Positions 36,994 to 46,660 of a DNA stretch of 64,000 nt are shown piece by piece (position 1 is the stretch's first letter; each line of letters opens with the position of its first letter). The position numbers and the translations under genes were made by a program. The stretch is from contig JAUVWW010000004.1 of assembly GCA_030603885.1 (NCBI GenBank), positions 2,236-66,235 on the forward strand, given 5' to 3'. Source of the stretch: a bacterium (GTDB lineage Bacteria; Patescibacteriota; JABMPQ01; JAUVWW01). Below the pieces are notes generated by a model. The model did not search any database, was not told the DNA's origin, and worked only from the letters and a program-made list of their open reading frames with translations.

Positions 36994-37386
36994 ATGGCTG
37001 ATCCAATCTCAGACATGCTAACCAGAATCAGAAATGCTCAGGCTACAAAAAAGCCCGAAGTTTCGATACCAGCATCCAAAATTAAACTAGAGATAGCTAA
37101 AGTTCTAAAGAAGGAAGGTTTTGTTGGAGAGATTAAAGAAGAGGAAGTTGACTCAAGGAAATCGATTAAGATTAATCTAAAGTATCTTAAGGCAGGAGAA
37201 CCAGTTATTCGAGGAATCCAGAGAATCTCAAAGCCAGGTTGTAGAATTTATGCAAAAAGAGATAAACTACCTAGGGTTTTGAGAGGTCTAGGTATTACTA
37301 TTATTTCTACCTCACGAGGTCTTGTGACGGATAAAGAGGCCAGGAGAAGAAAGTTGGGCGGAGAAATATTATGTAAAGTTTGGTAG
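36994..37386 (+). CDS. rpsH: 30S ribosomal protein S8
   Basis: DPISDMLTRIRNA at the N-terminus. Confidence 0.9.
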   Translation: MADPISDMLTRIRNAQATKKPEVSIPASKIKLEIAKVLKKEGFVGEIKEEEVDSRKSIKINLKYLKAGEPVIRGIQRISKPGCRIYAKRDKLPRVLRGLGITIISTSRGLVTDKEARRRKLGGEILCKVW

Positions 37387-37406
37387 ATTAACATTAGCCT
37401 AATTTT

Positions 37407-37964
37407 ATGTCTAAAATAGGAAGACAACCAGTTCCCATTCCAGAAGGAGTTGAGGTTAAAATTGAAAATCATGGTATTACGGTAAAAGGTCCCAAAGGAG
37501 AGCTTAGTTTTGATTTTAATCCTTCCGTCAGGGTCGAAAAAACAGATAAAGAAATAAAAGTTTCCCTCATTCAAGAAGAAGCCAAAGCTTTGTGGGGAAC
37601 AACACGAGCTTTGATTGTTAATATGATAAAAGGGATAACTGAGGGTTTTGAAAAAAAATTAGAGATCCAAGGTGTGGGATATAGAGCCGAAATTAAGGAT
37701 AAAAAATTAGTTCTTGTAGTTGGATTTACTCATTCAGTGGAAATTGAGGCTCCAGAAGGAATAGAATTTAAAATAGAAAAAAATGTCATTACAGTAGCTG
37801 GTATAGATAAGCAATTAGTAGGCCAGACAGCAGCCAGAATCCGAGCCGTGCGACCCCCTGAACCCTACAAAGGTAAAGGGATTAGATATTTAGGAGAGCA
37901 TGTTAGAATTAAGCCAGGTAAGAAAGCAGTGGCAGAGGAAGGAGAGGGAGTAGGAGCAGGCTAA
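37407..37964 (+). CDS. rplF: 50S ribosomal protein L6
   Basis: SKIGRQPVPIPEGVEV... L6 duplicated-domain architecture. Confidence 0.9.
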   Translation: MSKIGRQPVPIPEGVEVKIENHGITVKGPKGELSFDFNPSVRVEKTDKEIKVSLIQEEAKALWGTTRALIVNMIKGITEGFEKKLEIQGVGYRAEIKDKKLVLVVGFTHSVEIEAPEGIEFKIEKNVITVAGIDKQLVGQTAARIRAVRPPEPYKGKGIRYLGEHVRIKPGKKAVAEEGEGVGAG

Positions 37965-37991
37965 TAAGGCTATATAAATCTAAACTAGAAA

Positions 37992-38348
37992 ATGAAAGAT
38001 CTAGCTAAATTAAAACAGAAGAAGCGTAAAAGACGTCACTTACGAGTGCGAGCTAAAATTTTTGGAACAAAAACCCGGCCCAGACTTTGTGTATTTCGAA
38101 GCCTAAAGCATATTTATGCTCAGTTAATTGATGATGAAAAAGGGCAAACTTTAGTAGCAACCAGTGATTTAGAATTAAAGAAAAAAGCTAAAAATAAAGA
38201 GGTAGCAAAAGAAGTAGGGAAATTATTGGCTAAGAAAGCTTTGGCTAAAAAAATTAAGCAAGCAGTTTTTGATAGAGGAGGATATAAATACCATGGCAGA
38301 TTAAAGGCTTTGGCAGAAGGAGCTAGGGAGGGAGGACTTAAGTTTTAA
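37992..38348 (+). CDS. rplR: 50S ribosomal protein L18
   Basis: L18 core ([20 protein letters not shown]...). Confidence 0.85.
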   Translation: MKDLAKLKQKKRKRRHLRVRAKIFGTKTRPRLCVFRSLKHIYAQLIDDEKGQTLVATSDLELKKKAKNKEVAKEVGKLLAKKALAKKIKQAVFDRGGYKYHGRLKALAEGAREGGLKF

Positions 38349-38351
38349 AAT

Positions 38352-38972
38352 ATGCCTAGAGAAAAACCGGAATTCGAACAAAAATTAGTAGATGTAGCTC
38401 GGGTAGTCCGAGTAGTAGCTGGAGGTCGTCGATTTCGATTTCGAACCTGTGTTGTTATTGGAAATAAAAAAGGAAAAGTAGGGATGGGCATAGCTAAAGG
38501 GGCTGATGTTACCGGAGCAGTGGAAAAGGCAGTAGCAAGAGCTAAGAAAAAATTAGTTCAGGTTCCAATTGTGGATGGTACCATCCCTCATCAAATTCAA
38601 GTAAAATATAAATCTGCTAATGTCCTTTTGAAACCAGCAAGGCAAGGTGCTGGTATTATTGCTGGAGGTCCAGTAAGGGCGGTAATGGAGCTTGCAGGGA
38701 TCAGAGATATCACTTCCAAAATGTTAGGCTCTGCTAATAAAGTTTCGAATGTGCAGGCTTGTATTTTAGCTTTTAAAAAACTGAGGAAACCTGAAGAGGT
38801 TGCTGAGGCAAGAGGAAAGAAAGTGGAAGAGTTAGTTCCACATAAAAAAGTAACAAAAGTGACAGAGGTGCCAGAGATAAAAGAGCCTAAGGCAAAACCT
38901 AAGAAGAAGGTTGAGACAAAAGAGATTAAAGAAAAGTCTAAGAAGAAGGCTAAGACTACTGAAGACAAGTAA
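38352..38972 (+). CDS. rpsE: 30S ribosomal protein S5 with a K/E-rich C-terminal extension
   Basis: S5 dsRBD and C-terminal domains, plus a ~45-aa basic tail. Confidence 0.9.
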   Translation: MPREKPEFEQKLVDVARVVRVVAGGRRFRFRTCVVIGNKKGKVGMGIAKGADVTGAVEKAVARAKKKLVQVPIVDGTIPHQIQVKYKSANVLLKPARQGAGIIAGGPVRAVMELAGIRDITSKMLGSANKVSNVQACILAFKKLRKPEEVAEARGKKVEELVPHKKVTKVTEVPEIKEPKAKPKKKVETKEIKEKSKKKAKTTEDK

Positions 38973-38996
38973 AGAGTTTAAATAATTTGTAAGCCT

Positions 38997-39644
38997 ATGA
39001 CTAAGAGAACCCTAAGTCTATTAATTCTAATTCTCTTACCTCTGGTATTCAGTGGAATTACCTGCGGTAAGAGAGTAGAAGAACCTACCATGCCTAAAGA
39101 AGAGCCAAAAGCCGAAGAGGCCAAAAAAGTGGTTATGATTGTAGCTTACAGAGATTATCAGGATATTGAGTATCGGGACACCAGAGAAGCTTTTGATAAA
39201 GCAGGCTATGAAGTAAAGATAGCTTCCTCAAGTTTGGGGACAGCTTCTGGAAAGTTGGGTGGATCTTTAGAAGTGGATGTTACTCTTTCTAATCTAGATG
39301 TAGCTGATTTTGATGCCATGGTATTTGTAGGTGGTCCTGGAGCAACAGAATATGTAGATGATGAAACTGCTCACAAAGTAGCTCAAGACGCTGTAGCTCA
39401 AGACAAAGTTTTGGCAGCTATCTGCATTGCCCCTGAGATTCTAGCTAAAGCTAAAGTTTTGGAAGGAAAGAAAGCTACTGTCTGGTCATCCGTGGTGGAT
39501 AGAGGTCCGATTAAAGTGCTAGAAGATGGGGGAGTAGAATATGTAGATCAGAATGTAGTTCAAGATGGAAAGATGATCACTGCCAATGGCCCAGCAGCCG
39601 CTAAGGAATTTGGAAAGACTATTGTGGAAGTTTTGAGTAAATAA
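38997..39644 (+). CDS. DJ-1/PfpI-family (class I glutamine amidotransferase-like) lipoprotein
   Basis: Signal peptide with a lipobox-like LVFSGITCGK. Core FDAMVFVGGPGA...LAAICIAPEILAKA, which reads as the DJ-1/PfpI nucleophile-elbow region. Sits where L30 would be in the spc operon. Confidence 0.55.
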   Translation: MTKRTLSLLILILLPLVFSGITCGKRVEEPTMPKEEPKAEEAKKVVMIVAYRDYQDIEYRDTREAFDKAGYEVKIASSSLGTASGKLGGSLEVDVTLSNLDVADFDAMVFVGGPGATEYVDDETAHKVAQDAVAQDKVLAAICIAPEILAKAKVLEGKKATVWSSVVDRGPIKVLEDGGVEYVDQNVVQDGKMITANGPAAAKEFGKTIVEVLSK

Positions 39645-39784
39645 AGCTCGCCATCCTGCCTCACTGCTCAGGAAGGAATCCCCCCACCTTCGGTGGGTCC
39701 CCCCTTATTCGCGCTCGGCAGGAATGGCTCGCTAATCAAATATATTCGCGAAAATTCGAGATTAAATTCGCGAAAATTAGTCAT

Positions 39785-40363
39785 ATGATAAAACTATACG
39801 AATTAAAACCAAGAATTCCTAAAAAGAAAAGAAGACGCGTTGGTCGGGGAGGAAAACGCGGAACTTTTAGTGGTCGAGGAATGAAAGGACAGAAGTCTAG
39901 AGCTGGGATAAGGATATCTCCACATGTTAAACTTCCTTTGCTGAAACGTCTTCCTAAAAAAAGAGGCTTTGTCAGTCTAAAAATAAGGCCAGCTGTTTTA
40001 AATGTGGGAGATTTGCAAAAGAGATTTAAAACTGGAGAGAAGATCACTATTAAAAAGCTATACGAGGTAGGTTTGCTTAAGCGTCCAAAACTTAGAATAA
40101 AAATCCTAGGAAATGGAGAACTATCCAAGAAATTTACCATAGAAGCCCACGCCTTTTCTAGTCAAGCTAAAGAAAAGATAGAGAAGGCGGGTGGAAAAGT
40201 GGTAGAGATTAAAAAGATTGAAAGGGTTAAAGAAGTTAAAAAAGTCGAAGAGGTTGAGAAAGTTAAAAAGGTACCAAAAGAAGAAGAGAAAAAGCCAGTC
40301 AAAAAGTTAGTTAAGAAGTCAGCAAAGAAGACTAAAGTTCTTAAGAAAAAGTCTAGTAGCTAG
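39785..40363 (+). CDS. rplO: 50S ribosomal protein L15 with a K/E/V-rich C-terminal extension
   Basis: L15 core (GRGGKRGTFSGRGMKGQKSRAG...) plus a long EVKKVEEVEKVKKVPKEEEKK tail. Confidence 0.85.
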   Translation: MIKLYELKPRIPKKKRRRVGRGGKRGTFSGRGMKGQKSRAGIRISPHVKLPLLKRLPKKRGFVSLKIRPAVLNVGDLQKRFKTGEKITIKKLYEVGLLKRPKLRIKILGNGELSKKFTIEAHAFSSQAKEKIEKAGGKVVEIKKIERVKEVKKVEEVEKVKKVPKEEEKKPVKKLVKKSAKKTKVLKKKSSS

Positions 40364-40475
40364 AAAATCTAAGCTTTTAGAGTTTTGATGAAAAGGATAA
40401 ATGTCAAGGCTTTTTAGGGTAGATTAAATAAATAAAAAGTGGTAAAATAAAAGAGACTAAAAGTAATAAAAAACT

Positions 40476-41153
40476 ATGCCTGATAAAACACAAATTCAAC
40501 GCGATTGGCTGGTGATCCAACTTACTTTGGCTGATTTAGAAACAAACTATATAAAATCTTTAAAAGAAAAGGAAAAGATTACCGATGTCTTTATTTTAGG
40601 CCAAACTTTAGAGAATCAGCTTGAATATTTTAAAAGAATCCGAGCCAAAAAAGCTTTTCCCATGAAAGAGTTGCCTTTTATTACCGAAAAATCATTTAAA
40701 GAGTTTAATGATCGGAGAAAAGAAATCTATCAAAAATTTTATGATGAAGTTTTATCTAAGCTAAGGACAGAGGAAATTGAGAAGATGATTAAAAAACGGC
40801 TGGAAGAAATAGCCATGAGATATTCAAAGCACATTGATAATCTGGCTGTTTTGGATCATGATGGAATAGTAGAGATGCTTGGTTATAGAGATAAGATAAA
40901 GATTTTATCTGACGAGCTTGGATATTGGTTAAATCTCTGGGATAAAAAAGAAGCCACCTCCCCAGCTGAAGAAATAAAATGGCACAAGGAATATTTGGAA
41001 AAAGTCAAAGAAATGGATAGCCAATACAGAGAATTCGCTATTGTAGAAAAACCAGAATTTTGCAAACCCATATTAACTGAAGAAGCCCAGAAGCACCTTA
41101 TTCTAAAACCAGACGGCACTCCTAGGTTTGATTTTTGGTGGTGGCATTTATAA
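40476..41153 (+). CDS. Hypothetical protein inserted between rplO and secY
   Basis: 225 aa, soluble, no recognisable domain. Ends ...RFDFWWWHL. Confidence 0.45.
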   Translation: MPDKTQIQRDWLVIQLTLADLETNYIKSLKEKEKITDVFILGQTLENQLEYFKRIRAKKAFPMKELPFITEKSFKEFNDRRKEIYQKFYDEVLSKLRTEEIEKMIKKRLEEIAMRYSKHIDNLAVLDHDGIVEMLGYRDKIKILSDELGYWLNLWDKKEATSPAEEIKWHKEYLEKVKEMDSQYREFAIVEKPEFCKPILTEEAQKHLILKPDGTPRFDFWWWHL

Positions 41154-41171
41154 ATTTAGAATTAAGAGATC

Positions 41172-42455
41172 ATGTTTGAGAAATTAATCCAAATTTTCAA
41201 AGTCAAAGATCTACGCAAGAAGATTTTCTATACTCTTATTCTTTTGGTAATTTTTAGATTGGCAGCTCAGATTCCTGTTCCTGGAGTAAATCTAGAAAAT
41301 CTAAAAAAATTTTTTGAAACCAATCAACTCTTTGGACTTTTGAATGTATTTACTGGTGGAGCTATGGCTAATATGTCTGTGGTCATGCTTGGTGTTGGAC
41401 CTTATATTACAGCTACTATTATTATGCAGCTTTTGTCCATGATTGTTCCTAGAATCCAACGAATGATGAAAGAAGAAGGGGAGGCAGGAAGAAATAAGTT
41501 TAATCAATGGTCCAGGCTTCTAACAATACCTTTAGCAGTTATGCAGTCTTATGCAATGATTAATATGTTATCTCGATCTTCTCAGCCAGTAATCGGCGAG
41601 TTAACTCCTTTTAATTTAGTTACTATTATTGTTTCTATTACCGCAGGCAGTGTATTTTTAATGTGGCTTGGAGAATTGATCACAGAAAATGGAATTGGAA
41701 ATGGGATAAGCTTGATCATTTTTGCTGGAATTGTCTCTAGGATGCCCCAGAGTATCTATCAGACAGCAGCTACTTTTGATCCTTCCCAAATAATCAATTT
41801 AATTATATTCTTTGTCATTGCTGTAGTAGTTATTGCCGGGGTGGTATTTATTACCGAAGCCAGGCGTAATGTTCCTGTTTCTTATGCCAGAAGAATGAGA
41901 GGTATGAAAATGTATGGAGGAGCACAAACTTATTTACCCCTGAGAGTTAATACGGCTGGAGTAATTCCTATTATTTTTGCTATGTCTGTGATGCTTTTTC
42001 CAGGCATGGTGGCTAATTTCTTTGTTAATTCTCCTAATGAATTTTTAGCTAAGTCTGCCCAAAATATTGCCGGTTTGTTCCAAAATCAGTTATTTTATGG
42101 CATTTTGTATTTTGTTTTAGTAGTTGCCTTTACCTATTTTTACACTTCGGTTATTTTTGAGCCTAAATCTGTAGCTGAACATCTTCAAAGGCAAGGGGGA
42201 TTTATTCCGGGGATCAGACCAGGTCCACCTACAGCTGATTATCTCCATATAACTGTAAATAGAATCACTTTAGCTGGAGCAATGTTTTTAGGAATCGTAG
42301 CTGTACTACCTTTTGTTGTCCAAGCAGGCACAGGAGTAACTACTTTTAATTACATGATTGGTGGAACTTCGATTTTGATTATGGTTTCTGTAGTTCTTGA
42401 GACAATAAAGCAAGTTGAGTCCCAGATGATCATGAGGGACTATGAGGGATTTTAA
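41172..42455 (+). CDS. secY: Preprotein translocase subunit SecY
   Basis: 10-TM SecY family similarity throughout. Confidence 0.9.
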   Translation: MFEKLIQIFKVKDLRKKIFYTLILLVIFRLAAQIPVPGVNLENLKKFFETNQLFGLLNVFTGGAMANMSVVMLGVGPYITATIIMQLLSMIVPRIQRMMKEEGEAGRNKFNQWSRLLTIPLAVMQSYAMINMLSRSSQPVIGELTPFNLVTIIVSITAGSVFLMWLGELITENGIGNGISLIIFAGIVSRMPQSIYQTAATFDPSQIINLIIFFVIAVVVIAGVVFITEARRNVPVSYARRMRGMKMYGGAQTYLPLRVNTAGVIPIIFAMSVMLFPGMVANFFVNSPNEFLAKSAQNIAGLFQNQLFYGILYFVLVVAFTYFYTSVIFEPKSVAEHLQRQGGFIPGIRPGPPTADYLHITVNRITLAGAMFLGIVAVLPFVVQAGTGVTTFNYMIGGTSILIMVSVVLETIKQVESQMIMRDYEGF

Positions 42456-43098
42456 TCAAAAATTATTTATGTTAAATCTTATCATCTTTGGTCCCCAGGG
42501 AGCAGGCAAAGGAACCCAGGCTCAGCTTTTGGCTAAAGAGTTTAATTTGGAGTGGATTGAAACAGGGAGATTACTTAGAGAAAAAGCCGGGGATAGAACT
42601 AAGTTGGGAGAGAAAATTGGAAGACTTCAAAATCAAGGGGTTTTGGTTCCAGATGAAATAGTTGCTCAAATAATCGAAGAGAAAATAAAAAAAGTGCCTA
42701 AAAATAAAGGAATTATATTGGATGGTTATCCACGGAACATAAGGCAACTTGAAAGTTTAGAGAAAATCCTAAGAGAGACAAATAGAGCCAAATACAAGGC
42801 TATTTTTGTTAATGTAAGTAAAGAAGTAACCTTGGAAAGACTTTCCGGAAGAAAGACTTGCTCAAAGTGTGGAAAAATTTTTTCAAAAACAGATCTTGAG
42901 GTGTGTGATGCCTGTGGAGGGAAATTGATTGTAAGAGAAGATGACAGGCCGGAGGCGATTGAAAAGAGACTAGAGGTGTATCATAAAGAGACTGAACCTA
43001 TGTTACGATTCTATAGAAAAAAAGGTGTTTTAGTTGAAGTAAATGGAGAAGGACCAGTTGAAGAGGTGTATCGAGATATAATTAAAAATTTAAAATAG
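42442..43098 (+). CDS. adk: Adenylate kinase (zinc-lid form)
   Basis: P-loop GPQGAGKGTQA and lid CSKCGKIF...CDACGG. Confidence 0.9.
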   Translation: MRDFNQKLFMLNLIIFGPQGAGKGTQAQLLAKEFNLEWIETGRLLREKAGDRTKLGEKIGRLQNQGVLVPDEIVAQIIEEKIKKVPKNKGIILDGYPRNIRQLESLEKILRETNRAKYKAIFVNVSKEVTLERLSGRKTCSKCGKIFSKTDLEVCDACGGKLIVREDDRPEAIEKRLEVYHKETEPMLRFYRKKGVLVEVNGEGPVEEVYRDIIKNLK

Positions 43099-43100
43099 AA

Positions 43101-43841
43101 ATGGTTATCGTAAAAACACCTAAGGAGATTCAGATCATGCGCGAGGGAGGGAAGATTTTGGCTAAAATTATTAAAGAGTTAGCAAAGAGTACAAAGGCCG
43201 GTGTTAAAACAGAAGAATTAGATAAACTAGCCGAGAAGTTAGCCAGAAAATACAAGGCCCAGCCTTCCTTTAAAGGCTATAAAGGCTATTCTAAGAACAT
43301 TTGTATCAGTATTAATGAAGAGTTAGTTCATTGTCTTCCTTCGAAAAGAGAGATAAAAGAAGGGGATATTGTCAGTTCAGATTTTGGAATTAGATATAAG
43401 GGTCTGTGTACAGATACAGCAACAACTTTAGGCATTGGCAAAATAGATCCTAAAGCAAAAAAGCTAATCAATGTAACTAAAAAAGCTCTTTATATTGGAA
43501 TCAAACAGGTTAAATCTGGCGCGTCGGTAGGAGACATTGGCTCAGCTATTCAAAAATATGTAGAGAGACAAGGATTTTCTGTAGTTAGAGATTTATCTGG
43601 CCATGGAGTAGGAAAAGAAGTCCATGAGCCCCCTCAAATATTACACTATGGAAAGCCGGGTAGAGGAAAGAAGCTAGAAGAAGGTATGACCATATGTATT
43701 GAGCCTATGGCTTGTACAGGAAGCTATAAGATAAAACAACGTAAAGATAAAAGTTTTGTAACTTTAGATGGATCTTTGTCGGCTCACTTTGAACATACAG
43801 TGTTAGTGACAAAACGAGGGTATCAGATATTGACTTGTTAA
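43101..43841 (+). CDS. map: Methionine aminopeptidase type I
   Basis: Pita-bread fold with metal ligands (D..D..H..E..E pattern; HGVGKEVHE). Confidence 0.9.
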   Translation: MVIVKTPKEIQIMREGGKILAKIIKELAKSTKAGVKTEELDKLAEKLARKYKAQPSFKGYKGYSKNICISINEELVHCLPSKREIKEGDIVSSDFGIRYKGLCTDTATTLGIGKIDPKAKKLINVTKKALYIGIKQVKSGASVGDIGSAIQKYVERQGFSVVRDLSGHGVGKEVHEPPQILHYGKPGRGKKLEEGMTICIEPMACTGSYKIKQRKDKSFVTLDGSLSAHFEHTVLVTKRGYQILTC

Positions 43842-43857
43842 GTTGTTAAATTTTTAC

Positions 43858-44265
43858 ATGGCTAGGATACTTAGTCTAGACTACGGCGAAAAACATATCG
43901 GCATAGCTATCTCAGACGCGTTGGGTATTTTAGCTTCCAGTCTAAAAACTTTAGAAAATAAAGGTAAGGATTTTGTTAGTAAAGAGATTAAGAGAATTTG
44001 TAAAGAAAAAGATATCTCCAAGATAGTGATTGGGCTGCCAGTTAGCCTTAGTGGTAAAGAGGAGATTCAGGCTAAGAAGGTTAAAGAATTTGCTGAATTT
44101 TTGAAAAAAGAAATTAACATTCCCATTGTTTTTGAGGATGAACGTTTGACTTCAGTTATGGCTGATAAATTTTTAAAAGAGGCAAAAACTAAAAAGCGAA
44201 AAGTAAAAGAGCATGAATTAGCTGCTCAGATAATATTACAAGATTATTTAGATAAAAACGTTTAA
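43858..44265 (+). CDS. ruvX: Holliday-junction resolvase-like RuvX/YqgF
   Basis: MARILSLDYGEKHIGIAISD N-terminal signature. The start is trimmed from the ORF-track 43843. Confidence 0.75.
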   Translation: MARILSLDYGEKHIGIAISDALGILASSLKTLENKGKDFVSKEIKRICKEKDISKIVIGLPVSLSGKEEIQAKKVKEFAEFLKKEINIPIVFEDERLTSVMADKFLKEAKTKKRKVKEHELAAQIILQDYLDKNV

Positions 44266-44272
44266 AAAACTT

Positions 44273-45040
44273 ATGAATCAACGTCCAAAATTATCTGTAG
44301 TCATTCCAGCTTATAACGAAGAAGATCGTATTGTCCCTACTTTGAAATCAATAGATGCTCATCTAGAAAAACAACCATACCATTATGAAATTATTGTTGT
44401 TTCTGATGGTTCGACAGATAAGACTGTAGAGGTGGTTCAAAATTTTGCCAAAACCACAGTCGAAAATCTAAAGCTCAATGCCAATCCTATCAATCATGGA
44501 AAGGGTTTTGCTGTCAAAGATGGGGTGGGGATGGCCGAGGGAGAGTATATTATGTTTATGGATGCAGATAATGCTACTAAAATTAATGAAATAGAAAAGT
44601 TTTGGCCTTGGTTTGATAAAGGTTATGATGTAGTTATTGGCTCAAGACATTTAAGAGGAGATAAGGTGAAAGTTAAGCGCTCACTTTTAAGAGGATTGTT
44701 TGCTAAAGGTTCTAGCTTTTTAATTCAAATGGTTTTAGTTCCTGGGATAAAAGATACTCAATGTGGTTTTAAAGCCTTTACTCACGATGCTGCCAAAAGA
44801 CTTTTTGCCGCCCAAACACTTATGCGTTGGGGGTTTGATTTTGAAATTTTAGCTGTTGCCCGGCACTGGGGATTAAAAATAAAAGAGGTTCCTGTTAATT
44901 GGGTTCATGTTGGCGCCTCCCGACTTCGTTTTGTACAAGCTGCACTAAGAACTTTAAGAGAGTTATTTATCATCAAGTGGAATTTAATGACAGGAAAGTA
45001 TAGAAAGTACGAGTTTGAAAAGTATAGAAAATCAGGCTAA
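44273..45040 (+). CDS. GT2-family glycosyltransferase (polyprenyl-phosphate sugar transferase-like)
   Basis: LSVVIPAYNEEDRI at the N-terminus, and DxD FMDADN. Confidence 0.75.
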   Translation: MNQRPKLSVVIPAYNEEDRIVPTLKSIDAHLEKQPYHYEIIVVSDGSTDKTVEVVQNFAKTTVENLKLNANPINHGKGFAVKDGVGMAEGEYIMFMDADNATKINEIEKFWPWFDKGYDVVIGSRHLRGDKVKVKRSLLRGLFAKGSSFLIQMVLVPGIKDTQCGFKAFTHDAAKRLFAAQTLMRWGFDFEILAVARHWGLKIKEVPVNWVHVGASRLRFVQAALRTLRELFIIKWNLMTGKYRKYEFEKYRKSG

Positions 45041-45074
45041 TAAAAAATCGGGCACAAGCGCAGGGCTGTGCCCG
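45041..45074 (-). terminator. Intrinsic terminator for the minus-strand gene ending at 45082
   Basis: Stem CGGGCACA/TGTGCCCG, followed on the minus strand by a U-run. Confidence 0.5.
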
Positions 45075-45081
45075 AAGAGTA

Positions 45082-45585
45082 TTAACTACTTTCGGATTTT
45101 CCAGGACGGATTTTCGAATTGATGAATTTCGAAGTTTCGGAACCAAAGAATATTACAAGGACCTTTAAACTTATCCCCATCATCTCAGAGGGAAGTTCGT
45201 ACGTTGGAAACAGAAATTGGACTGAAAATATTACTAAAAGTAGCGACCACCACAAGTAGACAAATACTTCTCCCATTCTATCTGTTTTGGGTGTTTTTGT
45301 CCATCTTCCTACTTCCTTACTTGCTGCGTATGCTCCTAAAAGAGCAAGATATGCATTTGCCATAGGAGAGGTCAATCCTAAAGTATGTCCCTGAAATTTC
45401 CATTTAAGAAATTCCACCACAGTCATTAATAGGAGAATAATTGTCCAACAGAAACAGAACTTATATAAGCAAATGATTGATTTTTTCAATGCCTCTTTTG
45501 CTTTATCCGTGCTATTCCTAATCTTTTCTTTTAAAGTTGCCATTTTTCCCTCCTTTCGGCATCTGCCGAAATAAATTTTGTCCAA
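45082..45585 (-). CDS. Hypothetical membrane protein
   Basis: Three or four predicted TM helices. No domain recognised. Confidence 0.4.
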   Translation of the reverse strand: MDKIYFGRCRKEGKMATLKEKIRNSTDKAKEALKKSIICLYKFCFCWTIILLLMTVVEFLKWKFQGHTLGLTSPMANAYLALLGAYAASKEVGRWTKTPKTDRMGEVFVYLWWSLLLVIFSVQFLFPTYELPSEMMGISLKVLVIFFGSETSKFINSKIRPGKSESS

Positions 45586-45628
45586 ACAGCTATCTCAAAT
45601 CAATAAACCTTAGCATACTCTTAATTCC

Positions 45629-46660
45629 ATGTCAAGCCCAAAGCAAAAAAAACAAGAAATTTTCCCTCAACTTCGCCAAGATCCTATTTCCAAGACTTGG
45701 GTAGTCATTACTCCCAAAAGAAGGGCCAGGCCAGAGGAGTTTGATCAGTCCCGGATTGTCAAGCGGAAAATAGTAGCTAAAAAAGAAGATTGTCCTTTTT
45801 GTGAAGGAAATGAGGCTAAGTTTGGAAATCCTACCAGTCTTCTTGAATATCCCAGAAAAGGAGGAAAGTGGTCAGTGAGAGTAATTCCTAATAAATATCC
45901 AGCCTTTTTAAAGAATCAAAAGTCAAAAGTCAAAAGTCAAAAATTATACATTAGCCAGCCTGCAATTGGATCTCACGAAGTCATCATTACCTACCATCAT
46001 GAAGATCATACTCCAAAACAACCTTTGTGGTTGGTAGATAAGATGTTAAGAGCCTATCAAGAAAGAATTCTAAACTTAAAAAAAGATCAGAAAATAAAAT
46101 ACGTACATATTTTTGTTAACGAAGGAGACGAAGCTGGAGCTTCTATTGGTCATCCTCATTCTCAACTGGTAGCCCTAACCCTTATTCCCGAAATGATCCA
46201 GAAAGAGCTAGATGGAGTTGAACAGTATTATAAACGCTTTAAAAAATGTATTTTCTGTGATATAATAAAAAGAGAGCAAGATCAAAAGGAGAGAGTTATT
46301 CTAGAAAACAAAAATTTCATTACCATTGCTCCTTATTTTTCTAGATTTCCCTTTGAGATGTGGATTTTACCCAAAGAGCATCAAACATCTTATGAGGAGA
46401 TGGATGAAACTAGACGCAGAAGTTTAGCCGAGATTTTAAAGTATAGTCTTTTAAAACTCGACAAAGGCCTGGGTGAGCCAGCTTATAACCATTTTATTCA
46501 TACGAGCCCAGTAAACGTTAAAAGTCAACAATACCATTGGCATGTTGAGATTTTTCCTCGTATAGATATCTGGGCTGGGGTGGAGTTGGGTATTGGAGTT
46601 GTTTTCAATACCATGGTTCCTAAGGTAGCAGCAGAGTTTTTAAGAAAAGTAAAAATTTAA
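45629..46660 (+). CDS. galT: Galactose-1-phosphate uridylyltransferase (class I GalT, HIT superfamily)
   Basis: Zinc site CPFCEGNE, and the active-site motif HPHSQ. Confidence 0.75.
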   Translation: MSSPKQKKQEIFPQLRQDPISKTWVVITPKRRARPEEFDQSRIVKRKIVAKKEDCPFCEGNEAKFGNPTSLLEYPRKGGKWSVRVIPNKYPAFLKNQKSKVKSQKLYISQPAIGSHEVIITYHHEDHTPKQPLWLVDKMLRAYQERILNLKKDQKIKYVHIFVNEGDEAGASIGHPHSQLVALTLIPEMIQKELDGVEQYYKRFKKCIFCDIIKREQDQKERVILENKNFITIAPYFSRFPFEMWILPKEHQTSYEEMDETRRRSLAEILKYSLLKLDKGLGEPAYNHFIHTSPVNVKSQQYHWHVEIFPRIDIWAGVELGIGVVFNTMVPKVAAEFLRKVKI

